A stretch of 64,000 nt of DNA from Octopus sinensis (lineage: Eukaryota), in NCBI RefSeq assembly GCF_006345805.1, contig NC_043001.1, positions 56,482,001 to 56,546,000 on the forward strand, read 5' to 3'. The notes beneath the pieces were generated by a model. The model had not been told where the DNA came from. It saw only the letters and a list, made by a program, of their open reading frames with translations, and did not search any database. Position numbers and translations under genes: made by a program. This document shows positions 38,913-50,199 of the stretch, piece by piece. The first letter of the stretch is position 1. Every line of letters begins with the position of its first letter.

Positions 38913-39272
38913 AAGGCGGCGAGCTACCAGAAACGTTAGCATGCCGGGCGAAATGCTTAGCAGTATTTCGTCTGCCGTTACGTTCTGAGTTGAAATTCCG
39001 CCGAGGTCGACTTTGCCGTTCATCCTTTCGGGGTCGATTAAATAAGTACCAGTTACGCACTGGGGTCGATATAATCGACTCAATCCGTTTGTCTTTCCTT
39101 GTTTGTCCTCTCTGTTTAGCCCCTGTGGGTAGTAAAGAAATAGGTATTTCGTCTTCCGCTACGTTATGAGTTCAAATTCCGCCGAGGTCGACTTTACCAT
39201 TTATCCTTACAGAGTCGATAAAGAAAGTACCAGTTGCATACTGGAGCCTTGTGCCTAGAGTAGAAAAGATTA
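38913..39272 (+). mobile_element. SINE S1 dimer (only plus-strand copy)
   Basis: Head aaggcggcgagctaccagaaacgttagc, B-box-like gagttgaaattcc (38987-38999), linker ~39081-39143, second B box gagttcaaattcc (39168-39180), tail gccttgtgcctagagtagaaaagattat. Confidence 0.88.
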
Positions 39273-39280
39273 TCTATATA

Positions 39281-39504
39281 CATTAATCCCTCGACTATCG
39301 CGGATGTTTCGTTCCAACACCCCCCCCCCGCGATAGGTGAACATCCGCGAAGTAGAAACAGTACTGTATATTATTTTATCATTTTCAAAAATAATTTGTA
39401 TACATTTATGTTATTACAAATGCAAAACACCAACACGGAGGAATCGACATAAGCTTAAATAATAAACCGTGATAGGTGGACCGCGATACAGCGAGGGATT
39501 ACTG
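39281..39504. mobile_element. Tigger/pogo-type (Tc1/mariner superfamily) MITE, 224 bp
   Basis: Imperfect TIRs cattaatccctcgactatcgcgg / ccgcgatacagcgagggattactg, with TA target duplication at 39279-39280 and 39505-39506. Confidence 0.85.
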
Positions 39505-39789
39505 TATTCAGTGGTGTTAATTTTTTTATAGTCGTTTCTTCAATGAGATGATCGAACACGAGGCAGATATAGTCCAGGTATTCTTCTACCATATTCCTGA
39601 ATTTTCTTTTTCAGAGTGCTGTCCTGTATTCAAAATGTCTTTCTGGCTCACAACAATTGCAAGGCAATTTTTATTGTTTGTGTGTGAAAATTCCATCCAT
39701 CGCTAAAGTCTGACCCCATAAGTGTTCATGTGTATTTTCCTCACTTTCTTAGGAAAGGTTTTTGCGCTTGTGTTCATAATTGTAAATGT

Positions 39790-40170
39790 TTGGCTGTGTG
39801 GTAAGTAGCTTGCTTACCAATCACATGGTTCCGGGTTCAGTCCCACTGCACGGCACCTTGGGCAAGTGTCTTCTACTAGGTCGACCAAAGCCTTGTGAGT
39901 GGATTTGGTAGACGGAAACTGAAAGAAGCCCGTCGCATATATGTATATGTATATATATATATATATGTGTGTGTGTGTCTGTGTTTGTCGCCCCCCCTGA
40001 CATCGCTTGACAACCGATGCTGGTGTGTTTACGTCTCCGTAACTTAGCGGTTCGGCAAAAGAGACCGATAGAATAAGTACTAGGCTTACAAAGAATAGGT
40101 CTTGGAGTCGATTTGCTCGACTAAAGGTGCTCCAGCATGGCCACAGTCAAATGACTGAAACAAGTAAAAG
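39790..40170 (+). mobile_element. tRNA-derived SINE family S2 (CORE-like central block, internal TA/TG microsatellite)
   Basis: A-box-like TGGCTGTGTGG, B-box-like GGGTTCAGTCCC, ggcaccttgggcaagtgtcttct, tail gactgaaacaagtaaaag; homologous minus-strand copy at 59260-59600. Confidence 0.8.
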
Positions 40171-40409
40171 GGTATATATCTATAAATTCATGTTTTTATA
40201 TCTACAAAATTTCAACAAAGTAAGCTTCGAAAATGTACGATGCGACACATTTCGAGAATCTTTGAAAATGTAGGGTATTCCACATTTGCACAAGATACCT
40301 ACCGATTCTCCAGGCAAATAAATAAAAGTCTATGTAGAAATGTCCAAGCAATACCCCGTTTTCTCTACTTAAATAAAAGGGATGGACAATCACTCTTTCT
40401 GAAGTATGG

Positions 40410-40728
40410 AGCACTCCGTCGGTTACGACGACTAGAGTCCCAGCTGATACGATCAACGGAACAGCCTGCTCGTGAAATTAACGTGCAAGTGACTGAGCAA
40501 TCCAAAGACACGCGTGACCCTAACGTAGTTCTCAGGGAGATTCAGCGTGACACAAAGTGTGACAAGGCCGGCTCTTTGAAATACAGGTACAACTCATTTT
40601 TGCCAGCTGAGTGGATTGGAGCAACGTGAAATAAAATGTCTTGCTCAAGGATACACCGCATCGCCGGGAATCGAACTCACGACCTTATAATCGTGAGCCT
40701 AGTGCCCTAACCACTAAGCCACATGCCT
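40410..40728 (-). mobile_element. tRNA-derived SINE family S3
   Basis: Minus strand TGGCTTAGTGGTTAG (A box), GAGTTCGATTCC (B box), then ccttgagcaagaca CORE-like block; accounts for antisense ORF 40240..40629. Confidence 0.8.
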
Positions 40729-40888
40729 GGAGTATAACAGAAATACAAAAAAAAAAAAATTAGAATTGTCACGAAGTAAAAGCTGGTGAAATTCATCTAC
40801 ATTCGGATGCTCAGTTACAGCCGTCTACTGGTGGCAAAACGGCAGTAGCAACAGTAACAGTAAAGAAGCAGCATGAACAATAATAACA

Positions 40889-41100
40889 ACCATTTCTACT
40901 ACAGGCAACGCCTGAAATTTTGGGGTAAAGGGCTAGTCGATTATATCAAGCTCAGTGCTCAGCTGGTACTTATTCCATCGAACCCCGAAAAGATGAAAAG
41001 CAAGTCGACCACAGCGGAATTTAAAATCATAACTTGAAGGCAAACGAAATACCGCTAAGCTTTTTGTCAGGCATGCTAACAATACTCTCAGCACTCTGGG
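40889..41100 (-). mobile_element. SINE S1 monomer
   Basis: S1 tail and body blocks, degenerate head. Confidence 0.75.
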
Positions 41101-41953
41101 TCGGACCAGAGCACAACACGATTCTGCCGGACTACTGGTACTCTGGATTGGAAAACGTGGGAAATTCTAGTTTGGTAGTCTTTTACGCTTCATTGCTAAC
41201 CTGTTCGCAATTTTCTAATACCTTATCAAATGGAATGTTTCGACGAATATCTCATCGCTGAACCCCGTATCGATTAGTCTATTGAATATATCATTGTTTC
41301 CATTTTTTTAGGGTTTCAATGACGTTGAACAGAGTGCGGGTATCTCCCCGTTTTTTGGTATAGTCTCCCTCCCTTATTTGGGATCTTTTTCCTTTTTGTT
41401 TTCTTTTAAGTGTTGTAAAAGCTTGCGAATCCATATTAAGCCCACATGAGGACATAATTTTTATTGTTACCTGCAAGCACCCAATCCACATACATTGAGA
41501 TATAATGATAAAATCAAGCTCAGGATTTATTACCGTTGATGATATCTGCAACTGTTACTCTTTTAATTTGTTGACCTATTTACAGCGATACAATCTTATG
41601 TGCGAGTATGAATATTGCTAGTGTAGTCTTTTGTTGAACCTCGTCTCCTGTCCCGAAAAAACTGAGGAATTCTATTGATTGCTGAGTGTTTCTTTCAAAT
41701 TGAAACTGAGTGTTTCTTTCAAATCTCATTTGTGGGGCAAGCTAAAAGTAACCCATCTTCAGAGGGCAAAATTGCATTAATTTCACTTTAAAACGCTGTT
41801 GGGTACAGTCTGCAGATAAAACAAAAACGTTGACTGTTTTCACATGTTTACCAAAATTTCTTGCTATGATGTGGTCGTGCTTAAATTTCAAATCTCATGG
41901 TTAGTTAGTAACGGCATCGCAAAATACTGTTTATCTGTTAGCGCGACTGTTGT

Positions 41954-42536
41954 CGTCTTCTTCTTCTTCTTCTTCTTCTTCTTCTTCTTCTTCTTCTTCT
42001 TCTTCTTCTTCTTCTTCTTCTTCTTCTTCTTCTTCTTCTTCTTCTTCTTCTTCTTCTTCTAATCAGGACTCACGCCATTAGCCACTAAGAATAATCTCTA
42101 ATTCGAGCCTACTCTAAGCTACTAAGAATGCGTGTGGCAACCTGAAGATCCACCAGCCATACACGATAGACTGGCGGTTGCACGGTCGCGAAAGCTACGT
42201 TGTCATCCTCATTCCGTAAACGGTGGCTTTTAACGGGTGGAGAGCTGAACCATCCTGGGTTGCAGAGGATTCTCAATCTAGACTAGGGTCTGAAATTTTC
42301 GACACCGTAGTGTGTTACACCATGGTTCCTCTGCTTTGAGGCAGAAGTAGGAAGAAAGAGGGAGGGAAAGTTGTGGTGAAAGAGTACAGCGGGGTTCACC
42401 ACCATCCCCCGCCGGAGCGTCGTGGAGCTTAGGTGTTTTTGCTCAATAAAGACTCACAATGTCCAGTCTGGGAATCAAAACCGCCTTCTTACGACCGCGA
42501 GTCCGCTGCCCTAACCACTAGGCCATTGCGCTTCCA
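41954..42536 (-). mobile_element. complete tRNA-derived SINE family S4 with (GAA)n tail and 10-bp TSD
   Basis: Head TGGCCTAGTGGTTAGGGCAGCGGACTCGCGGTCG...GGTTTTGATTCCC; (TTC)n tail at ~41958-42060 on the plus strand; direct repeat cgactgttgt at 41944-41953 and 42537-42546. Confidence 0.8.
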
Positions 42537-43399
42537 CGACTGTTGTTGTTGCTGTTGTAGGATACATTTTCGCTCGCTGTATTCACGTCAGTAGTGTTAC
42601 AGTTATATTTTTGAAAGTTCTTAATTTTCTAGTGAGGTAGATATTGTAGTCTTCCTTTTGCTGCTCTTTTTTATTTTTTAATCACTTTTAATGCTTTAAC
42701 ATGTAATATTTAATACTTTTAACAGGAACTTGTAGGCGTGTTTGTTAATGTTATTGCAAGTATTTCTGAGCTGAATCCCTCTTCGTATTGTTCCAGTTCC
42801 AGAATCTATACTGATTTGTGAGGTGTATAGATTCATTGAATAATTTGTCAAAGATTACAATATGAATCTGAGAATATGTACTATGAGCAGGCACCAAACG
42901 CTGTGAATGAAAATTACATGGCTATAATAACTTGACATACACCTCTCCCAACTGTAAAAAAACTATGTAAGTAAAAAAATCTCAAAGAAACAGAAAATAC
43001 CTTAATAGCATAATTAAAAACTATCATGTGTACTTTGTATAACGACAAATACAAAATATTTCGAGTCCTCTTGTGTGACACAACGGACGAAAATGAAGCC
43101 GAAGTGCTAATGTTATATAAGGACATGAAATAGAAAAAGAGGTTGAGGAGAATGAAAGCAAAAAATTGTATTTATCTCTGTACCTAGATATGAACTCGGA
43201 AGAGTAATAGCTGTAAATGGTGACACTCTAAATAACCGGTAAGAAACAACTGCTTAACTCCCATAAATATAGGAGAAGAAGCATAAATAGACACTTCCAT
43301 AGAAGATGCTTAATTTACAGTTACTCCACTGAAAAATGACCTTTCCAGTTCCAAATAAACGTACAATGTATGAAAATATAATTATCATAGTGTAAAAGA

Positions 43400-44280
43400 A
43401 TCATTAGATATCATCACAGAAGCTAATTTTTCAGAAAGTATGTTATTTACAAAATATAGCAAGATAGAAATTGAACACTTAAAAAAAAAGAAACAGAGTT
43501 TTTAATAGAAATTCAACAATCACGAAAATGGATATTAAAAAAGACAAGAGATAAAATGAAACTCTCAGCATACCTACAACATATTGACGAAGAGTAACCA
43601 AGCTAGAACTACACCAGTGAATGGATGTGAATATGAGAAAGATCTAAGAGTGGAAATTTCTAAAGCTAGAAATATTGAACGTGACAATAATCTAATGGTG
43701 GAAATAGTTAAAAAATTAAAAATTCGATAGAAGATTTTACTAAGGACCGACGAAAAACCCCTCCCAAATATAATAGCAATAAAAATAATATAGCAACAAC
43801 AATAAAAAGAGACTAAACGCAAACCTGGAATCTTAAACTCATGGAAACGGATGCGAACATCAATATCACCAGAACAAATAAAATAATTTATGCAGCAATT
43901 TTAGTAGTTACAAAGGGAAGTGGGTATTTCCTCAAAACGTGTCATATGGAAACATCTAAACCCAAGCAAAAGTATGGAAAACAAATCATATAATGAAAGA
44001 AAATAAAAGAAAATGTCTCTCAAGCCTTATTGAAATTAACAACAAAAAGACGCAAATGAAGACAAAAGTTAAAATATGAGAAATAATACACAAAAGCAAC
44101 ATAAAAATGAATTAGCTTAAATCAAAGAACGCCTAAAACAAGATATCCTCGCTAAATAGCCCGAAATCCATCGATATGAAAACTGGCAACGATCCTTTGA
44201 ACAAAGCAAGCTATTCAAACCAAACGGAGACAATTTCATCAAGAATTAGGGGAAAACACAAAAGAGAAGGCAATGCAGCC
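43400..44280 (+). mobile_element. degenerate R4/Dong N-terminal relic
   Basis: EIEHLKK and KQDILAK*PEIHRYENWQRSFEQSKLFK, similar to 46050-46140. Confidence 0.55.
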
Positions 44281-44834
44281 CTTACAAAACGAGAAGGAAC
44301 ACGGAGCTATGTTCGGTTGTGCAGTGAATTAATGCAATAACTTTATGACTACTGGAAAAAAAAAACAATGATGACTTGTTTTGCTAGGACAAGGGTCAGT
44401 TTCCATAATGGAAGAGTATAACCAATTGAAGAGTATCACTGGTAATTATTCATCTTAGATAGATGAGAGCAAAGTTGAATGCAGTCAGTAATAATTGATC
44501 CAATGATTATGACAAAGAAAAATAACATCAACAAAGTGATAAATATTATAAAAGGGCTTTCGACTTCACTTCAAAATAATATATCTCCCTAATGTACAGA
44601 ACACAGTCACTTGAAAATAGTATACAAGTCAGTATCAAAACAGCTTACACGTTGCATAAACTCTTCTATAATATATTTCCTAAAAACAAGATTGACTGTA
44701 AGATAAGACGAGGAGAAACAGCTAAAAAACTTATATTGCAATGAATTAGATGAAGCATACAAACCTTCTCAATCTCCCCATGACTGGGTGGTGCATTAAT
44801 ATCTCGTGTAAAATCATAAAAGCCGTAACAATGT

Positions 44835-45032
44835 TTTCAAATTTTGGTCCAATGCCAGTAATTTTAGAGAAAGGGGTACGTCGATTAGATCGTTGCTATT
44901 CCTCGACTGGAAATTATTTTATCGACCCCGAAAGGATGAAAGGCAAAGTCGTTTCAACTCAGAACGTAAGGCTAGAGGAAATGCTGCTAAGTATTGTCCG
45001 GTGCTGCAACTATTCTGTTAGCTCACCGCCTT
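44835..45032 (-). mobile_element. SINE S1 monomer
   Basis: Head AAGGCGGTGAGCTAACAGAA on the minus strand, next to the (AAT)n tract that precedes copy F. Confidence 0.75.
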
Positions 45033-45042
45033 TATGAAAACC

Positions 45043-45091
<49 letters not shown>

Positions 45092-45125
45092 TGATGATGA
45101 TGATGATAATAATAATAATAATATT

Positions 45126-45198
<73 letters not shown>

Positions 45199-45221
45199 TA
45201 AATGGAATAATAATAATAATA

Positions 45222-48200
45222 AATAAATGGAAGAAAAATAACATAAATAAAGACCTGGATACAACAACGAACCCTAATAAACTACCAAATATACAGAGAT
45301 ATATTCTCAACGCAAAAAAAAAATATCAGAAATAGAAATAGAACATTTAAAAGAAAAAATACATCAGGAAAATGTAGATAGAAGCCACACAACAATGCCA
45401 AATAATACAAACACTGAAACAGTAAAACACGAAGACAAACGTAACATTTCCAACAAAAACGATGTAAACAAAAAACAACAAACCCAGACCATAAGGATAC
45501 ATAATAATACACGACAAACAGCAAGCCAAAACACGACAAACAAACATACGGATGAGAAAGAAAGCGACACAAATCTAAAACCTGGAAACAACGAAGGGGA
45601 GCCTAATGATTATGAAACTATAAAAAGTAGAATAATCAAAGAACTGAAAACGACAGAGCTCAAAATGGACCACCGACCATACCTCCCAAAAATCAAAATA
45701 GACAAAACAACAACATCAATTATAAATAACATAAACCTAGCCGTCACGGAACTAATAGCCACTGAAACAAAAAGCGATATCACTGAGCTAAATGACTTAG
45801 TATACGCAGCAGCCACTGCAGCCACAAAAGAAGCTGGATACTCACTCAAACCCATCCAAACAGGAGTACCACCACCCAAACAAATCCTGTGGATAAATAA
45901 CATCCAAAACAAAATACAAAAAATGAGAAAGATCTGTCGATTCTTAATGAAATCAGTGGACAATCAACGCTACTGAGCAAAAAAAAGAAAACAAAAATAC
46001 TCCGCAAATACAACACCACAGAAAAAGATTTACCTGAGATAAAAGAAAAGCTAAAGCAAGATGTCCTTGACAAAGCACAAAGGATCCGCCGGTACGAAAA
46101 ACGCCAACGTTTCTTTGAACAAACAAACATTTCAACTCCAACCCCAAAAAGTTCTACCAAGAACTTGGCAAAAATAAAATAGAAATCACTGCAGCACCAA
46201 CGGCAGAAGAAGTGGAAGAATTCTGGAGAGAAATATGGTCCGCGAACGAACAACAACAAAAAAAAGGAGTATTAAAACAACAAACTCAGCATCTGAGCAA
46301 CTTTGGGCCCCCATAACAACTAAAGAGGTCACCCAGGCACTGCAAAGACGAAGCAACTGGAAGGCACCTGGGCATGACAAGATCTCCAAATTCTGGTTGA
46401 AATATCTAACAGGAAATGCACAAAAAGCTGGCTGAAAATTTTAACAACATACTGGCAGAGCCAGAGACAATGCCTGAATGGCTCACGAAGGGGAAAACCA
46501 TCTTAATTCCCAAATCAAATGAGATAGCAAAACCAGAAAACTACAGACCTATAATCTGTCTCCCTACAATGTACAAAGCATTTACTGCAGTAATATCGCA
46601 AAGTTTGAACATGCACCTGAACGAAAACAACCTGTTTCCAGAAGAGCAGAAAGGATGCCGCAAAGGCTCATATGGCTGTAAAGATCAACTAATGATCAAT
46701 AAAGCCATAACTGAAGACAGCCACAGAAAGAAGAAAGGCCTTAGTATGGCCTGGATTGACTACAAAAAGGCGTTTGATAGCATCCCCCACATATGGATCC
46801 TCGAAACACTAGCCATGAACAAAGTTGCATCAACAATTATAAAATACATAGGACACTCTATGAATAAATGGCAAACAGTGCTATAGCTCCGAACAAAAGA
46901 GGGACTTGTGAAAACAATAGCCATCCCCATTAGAAGAGCAATATTCCAGGGAGATACGCTCTCTCCACTCCTTTTCTGCTTGGCACTGTCACCTCTATCG
47001 GATATGCTAAACAGAACTGGATGCGGATATAAATGTTACGGCAAAACGATCAGCCACCTTTTATATATGGATGAACTAAAACTATACGCTACAAATGACA
47101 AACAGCTGGAAACACTACTAAAGACAGTTCATGGATTTACCAAAGAAATAGATATGAAATTTGGATTAGAGAAATGCGCCAAAGTAACACTGAAAAGAGG
47201 AAAACTAGTTAAGAGTAGCAACATCACACTAGATAAAACCAATGAAATAAAAGAATTAGACCAAAACCAAACTTACAAATACTTAGGAATCCATGAAATA
47301 GATAAGACACAACACACACAAATGAAAGAGAAAATAAAAAAAAAATATTATAAACGAGTTAGATCAATACTTAAAACAGAGCTCAATGCTAAAACAAGAT
47401 AATAGGTATCAACACTTTAGCCGTCCCAGTTATAAGTTACAGCTACAATATCCTTAACTGGACACTAAATGAACTGACCAAAATAGATAGGAAAACAAGA
47501 AAAATAATGACAGGATCTAGGATGCATCACCCAAAATCTGACATAGAAATACTATATATAAAACTTATAGATGGTGATAGAGGCCTTATACAGCTGGAAA
47601 ACTACTATAAAATAACCACCATAGGACTGCAAAAATATCTACTTCAGAAGGAAGGAAAACTGATTCAAATAGTGGCAAAACACGAGCAAAACAAAAAACT
47701 GTTCTCAGTATTTAAGGAAGCTGACAAATACAAACAAGAAATCATACCACCTAACAAATATGTAGAAGAAGAAGAAGAAGAAGAAGAAGAAACAACAAAA
47801 GCTATAAAACAAATGAAATCCAAACTAAAAATAGAACAGCAACGAACCATGATAAAACGAAGGCAAGAAAAGCCCATTCATGTCAAATACTGGACTAAAC
47901 TAAATGCAAAAGAAATAGACAAAGAAAAATCCCAACAATGATTGAGAAGCTCAGGACTCAAAGCAGAGACAGAAGGATTTTTAATTGAAGTACAAGACCA
48001 AAGCCTCCCCACCCGAAATTACCAAAAACATGTAATGAAAAGAAATATAACAAGTAACTGCAGAATATGTGGAGATGGACAAGAAACAATAAATCATATT
48101 ATCTCTGACTGCCCAGTCCTGGCTAAGAAGGAATATATTCACAGACACGACAGAGTTGGGACCTATATACACTGGAAACTATGCCAACGTTATGGAATAA

Positions 48201-48724
48201 CAACAGAAAAAAGATGGTATAGGCACACACCAGAAAAGGTCACAGGAAACGAGAAAGCAACCATACTCTGGGATATGCCTATACACACAGATAGAGAAAT
48301 TAAGGCCAAAAGGCCAACAGATATAGCTGTCAGAGATCATGAAGAAAAAAATGTTTTCTAATTGATGTAGCAATACCAGCGGATGACAACGTGTCTCTAA
48401 AAGAAATGGAGAAACTTTCAAAATACAAAGACCTGGAAATAGAGGTAACCAGAATGTGGAATCTAAAAACAGAAACAATTCCTATCATAATAGGTGCATT
48501 AGGCATGATAAAAAAATATTCAGACAAATACATAACAAAAACACCAGGACTTACAAACGCATATAACATACAGAAAATTGCACTACTAGGCATTGCACAC
48601 ATCCTACGCAGAACACTTTCCATACAATAACCACCAGAGCATCACAACAAATCACAGCACATACCCAAGGCACACAGAGCTGCGCTCGGTAGTGAAGTGA
48701 AAGCACGATATTAAAAATATACAA

Positions 48725-48729
<5 letters not shown>
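45222..48729 (+). mobile_element. R4/Dong copy F, best preserved: disrupted ORF with RT, CCHC finger and REL endonuclease, intact 3' UTR
   Basis: Collinear ORF pieces 45395-45976, 46416-46886, 46908-47402, 47507-47941, 47942-48361 and 48391-48630: NWKAPG, NYRPIICLPTMYK, FPEEQKGCRKGSYGCKDQL, AWIDYKKAFDSIPH, IFQGDTLSPLLF, YMDELKL, CRICGDGQETINHIISDC, RPTDIAV..LIDVAIP..EKLSKYKDL. Flanked by (TAA)n. Confidence 0.95.
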
Positions 48730-48807
<78 letters not shown>

Positions 48808-49286
48808 GGGGACGGAAAGAGGAAGGCAAAAATCCTCTGGGACTTTGACTTCCAGACGGATAAGTTGTTAGAGCAGCGAAGGCCGAACATAGAAACCTTT
48901 AGGAAGGACAAACAAAACTGCCTAATAATTGACGTGGCAGTGCCAGGAGGCCAGCATACTATCATGAAAGAAAAAGAATAGATCGATGAATATAGAGACC
49001 TGGGAAATGAGATCGCCAAGATGTGGCAGCTACGAGAGTCGAATACAAAATTTGTCCCTATTGTCATCGGGGCATTAGGTTCGATACCACCCAACCTGAA
49101 GAAACATCTGGAAACTTTAGAAATACCGTACAATCTAGGTGTATTGCAAAAATTACTTGGAATAGCACACATAGTCTTTGTCTGAGGACTTTGTTGTAAC
49201 TTGACAGACAGTACAACCCCCACCCGGTAGACACAATATCTTCAATCAACAACATCACGGTATTGGATACTTTGCGACCTCTTAAG
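48808..49286 (+). mobile_element. R4/Dong copy I, endonuclease 3' end of another family
   Basis: AKILWDFDFQTDKLLEQRRPNI..CLIIDVAVPG..EYRDLGNEIAKMWQL..VPIVIGALGSIPPNLKKHLETL; (TAA)n on both sides. Confidence 0.88.
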
Positions 49287-49330
49287 TAATAATAGCAACA
49301 ATAATAATAATAATAATAATAATAATAATT

Positions 49331-49533
49331 TTAGCATAAGGCCAGCAAGTTCGGGAAAGGGAGTAAGTCGATTACATTGAGCCCTTGTGCCTAACTTGTA
49401 CGTATTTTATCGACTCCGAAAGGAAAGAAGGCAAAGTCGACTTCAGCGGAATTTGAATTCAGAACGTGAAGACGAACGAAATGCCGCTAAGCACTTGCCC
49501 GGCATGCTAACGATTCTGCCAGCTCACCACCTT
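49331..49533 (-). mobile_element. SINE S1 monomer
   Basis: Complete body and head, with (AAT)/(GAT) flanks on both sides. Confidence 0.85.
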
Positions 49534-49569
49534 TAATAATGATAATGATGATGACGATGATGATTTCTA

Positions 49570-49830
49570 ATTTACGTGCAAAGCTAGTAATTTTTAAGGA
49601 AAAAGAGGTTCGTTGTTATCATTGACAACAGTAAGTCAAATAGTAGGTCATCTTGAGGTATTAAGATGATTTTTCCCTTCACTGAGCACGTCAGATGTAA
49701 TCCTCTCCCTCAGTATCTTAATTAACTGGAAAAATGAAAGCCAAACCTAACCACGGCAGGACTTAAACTCAAAACCTGAATTACTGGAAGAAATACAGCA
49801 AAGCATTTTCCCAGCGATCTTACAATCCTA
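49570..49830 (-). mobile_element. degenerate SINE S1 carrying an 89-bp foreign insert (49633-49721)
   Basis: S1 blocks attgacaacagt and aatgaaagccaaacctaaccacggcaggacttaaactcaaaac flank a segment nearly identical to 52637-52725. Another degenerate S1 copy lies at ~49870-50030. Confidence 0.55.
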
Positions 49831-50199
49831 CCAACTTGCTTCAAAAGTCATAATAATTTCAGATTTAGATTCAAGGCCAGTAACTTTGATACGAGCGGAA
49901 TGCCATCAAATCCCCAGTGTTTGATAGTATTATATTTTATTGACCCTGAAAAGTTGAAAAGCAGATTTGTCCTTGGTGGGATTAGAACTCAAAATGCTAA
50001 ATGTTAAACCCCAGCACAAATACTGCAAGGCAATTTTTCTGACACTCTTACAATTTCTCCAAGAGTATCAGCGAGGGAGAATACAGAATGGTTATAGATT
50101 TATGGCGTGTTTCTCACTCAAAGTTTATCATTGTGGTGTTTTGCTATCGTCTCCCATCTCTTCCTCAATTTTGCTCTCCTTCAGTTCATTCAGCATTTG

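Noticed and set aside
40240-40629. 129-aa ORF
   Set aside because: Its 3' two-thirds is the antisense strand of SINE S3, and it has no protein motif.
41682-41724. Short direct duplication ctgagtgtttctttcaaat x2; similar 29-bp duplication at 58735-58792 and 14-bp duplication at ~13323-13350
   Set aside because: Ordinary local slippage duplications with no further structure.
38913-42536. tRNA genes at SINE heads
   Set aside because: A/B boxes are present, but there is no complete cloverleaf or acceptor stem and each runs into a SINE body.
49633-49721. 89-bp duplicated segment as a structured small-RNA element (two neat hairpins)
   Set aside because: The segment is collinear RT-coding sequence of the R4 relic at 52637-52725, so the hairpins are probably incidental.
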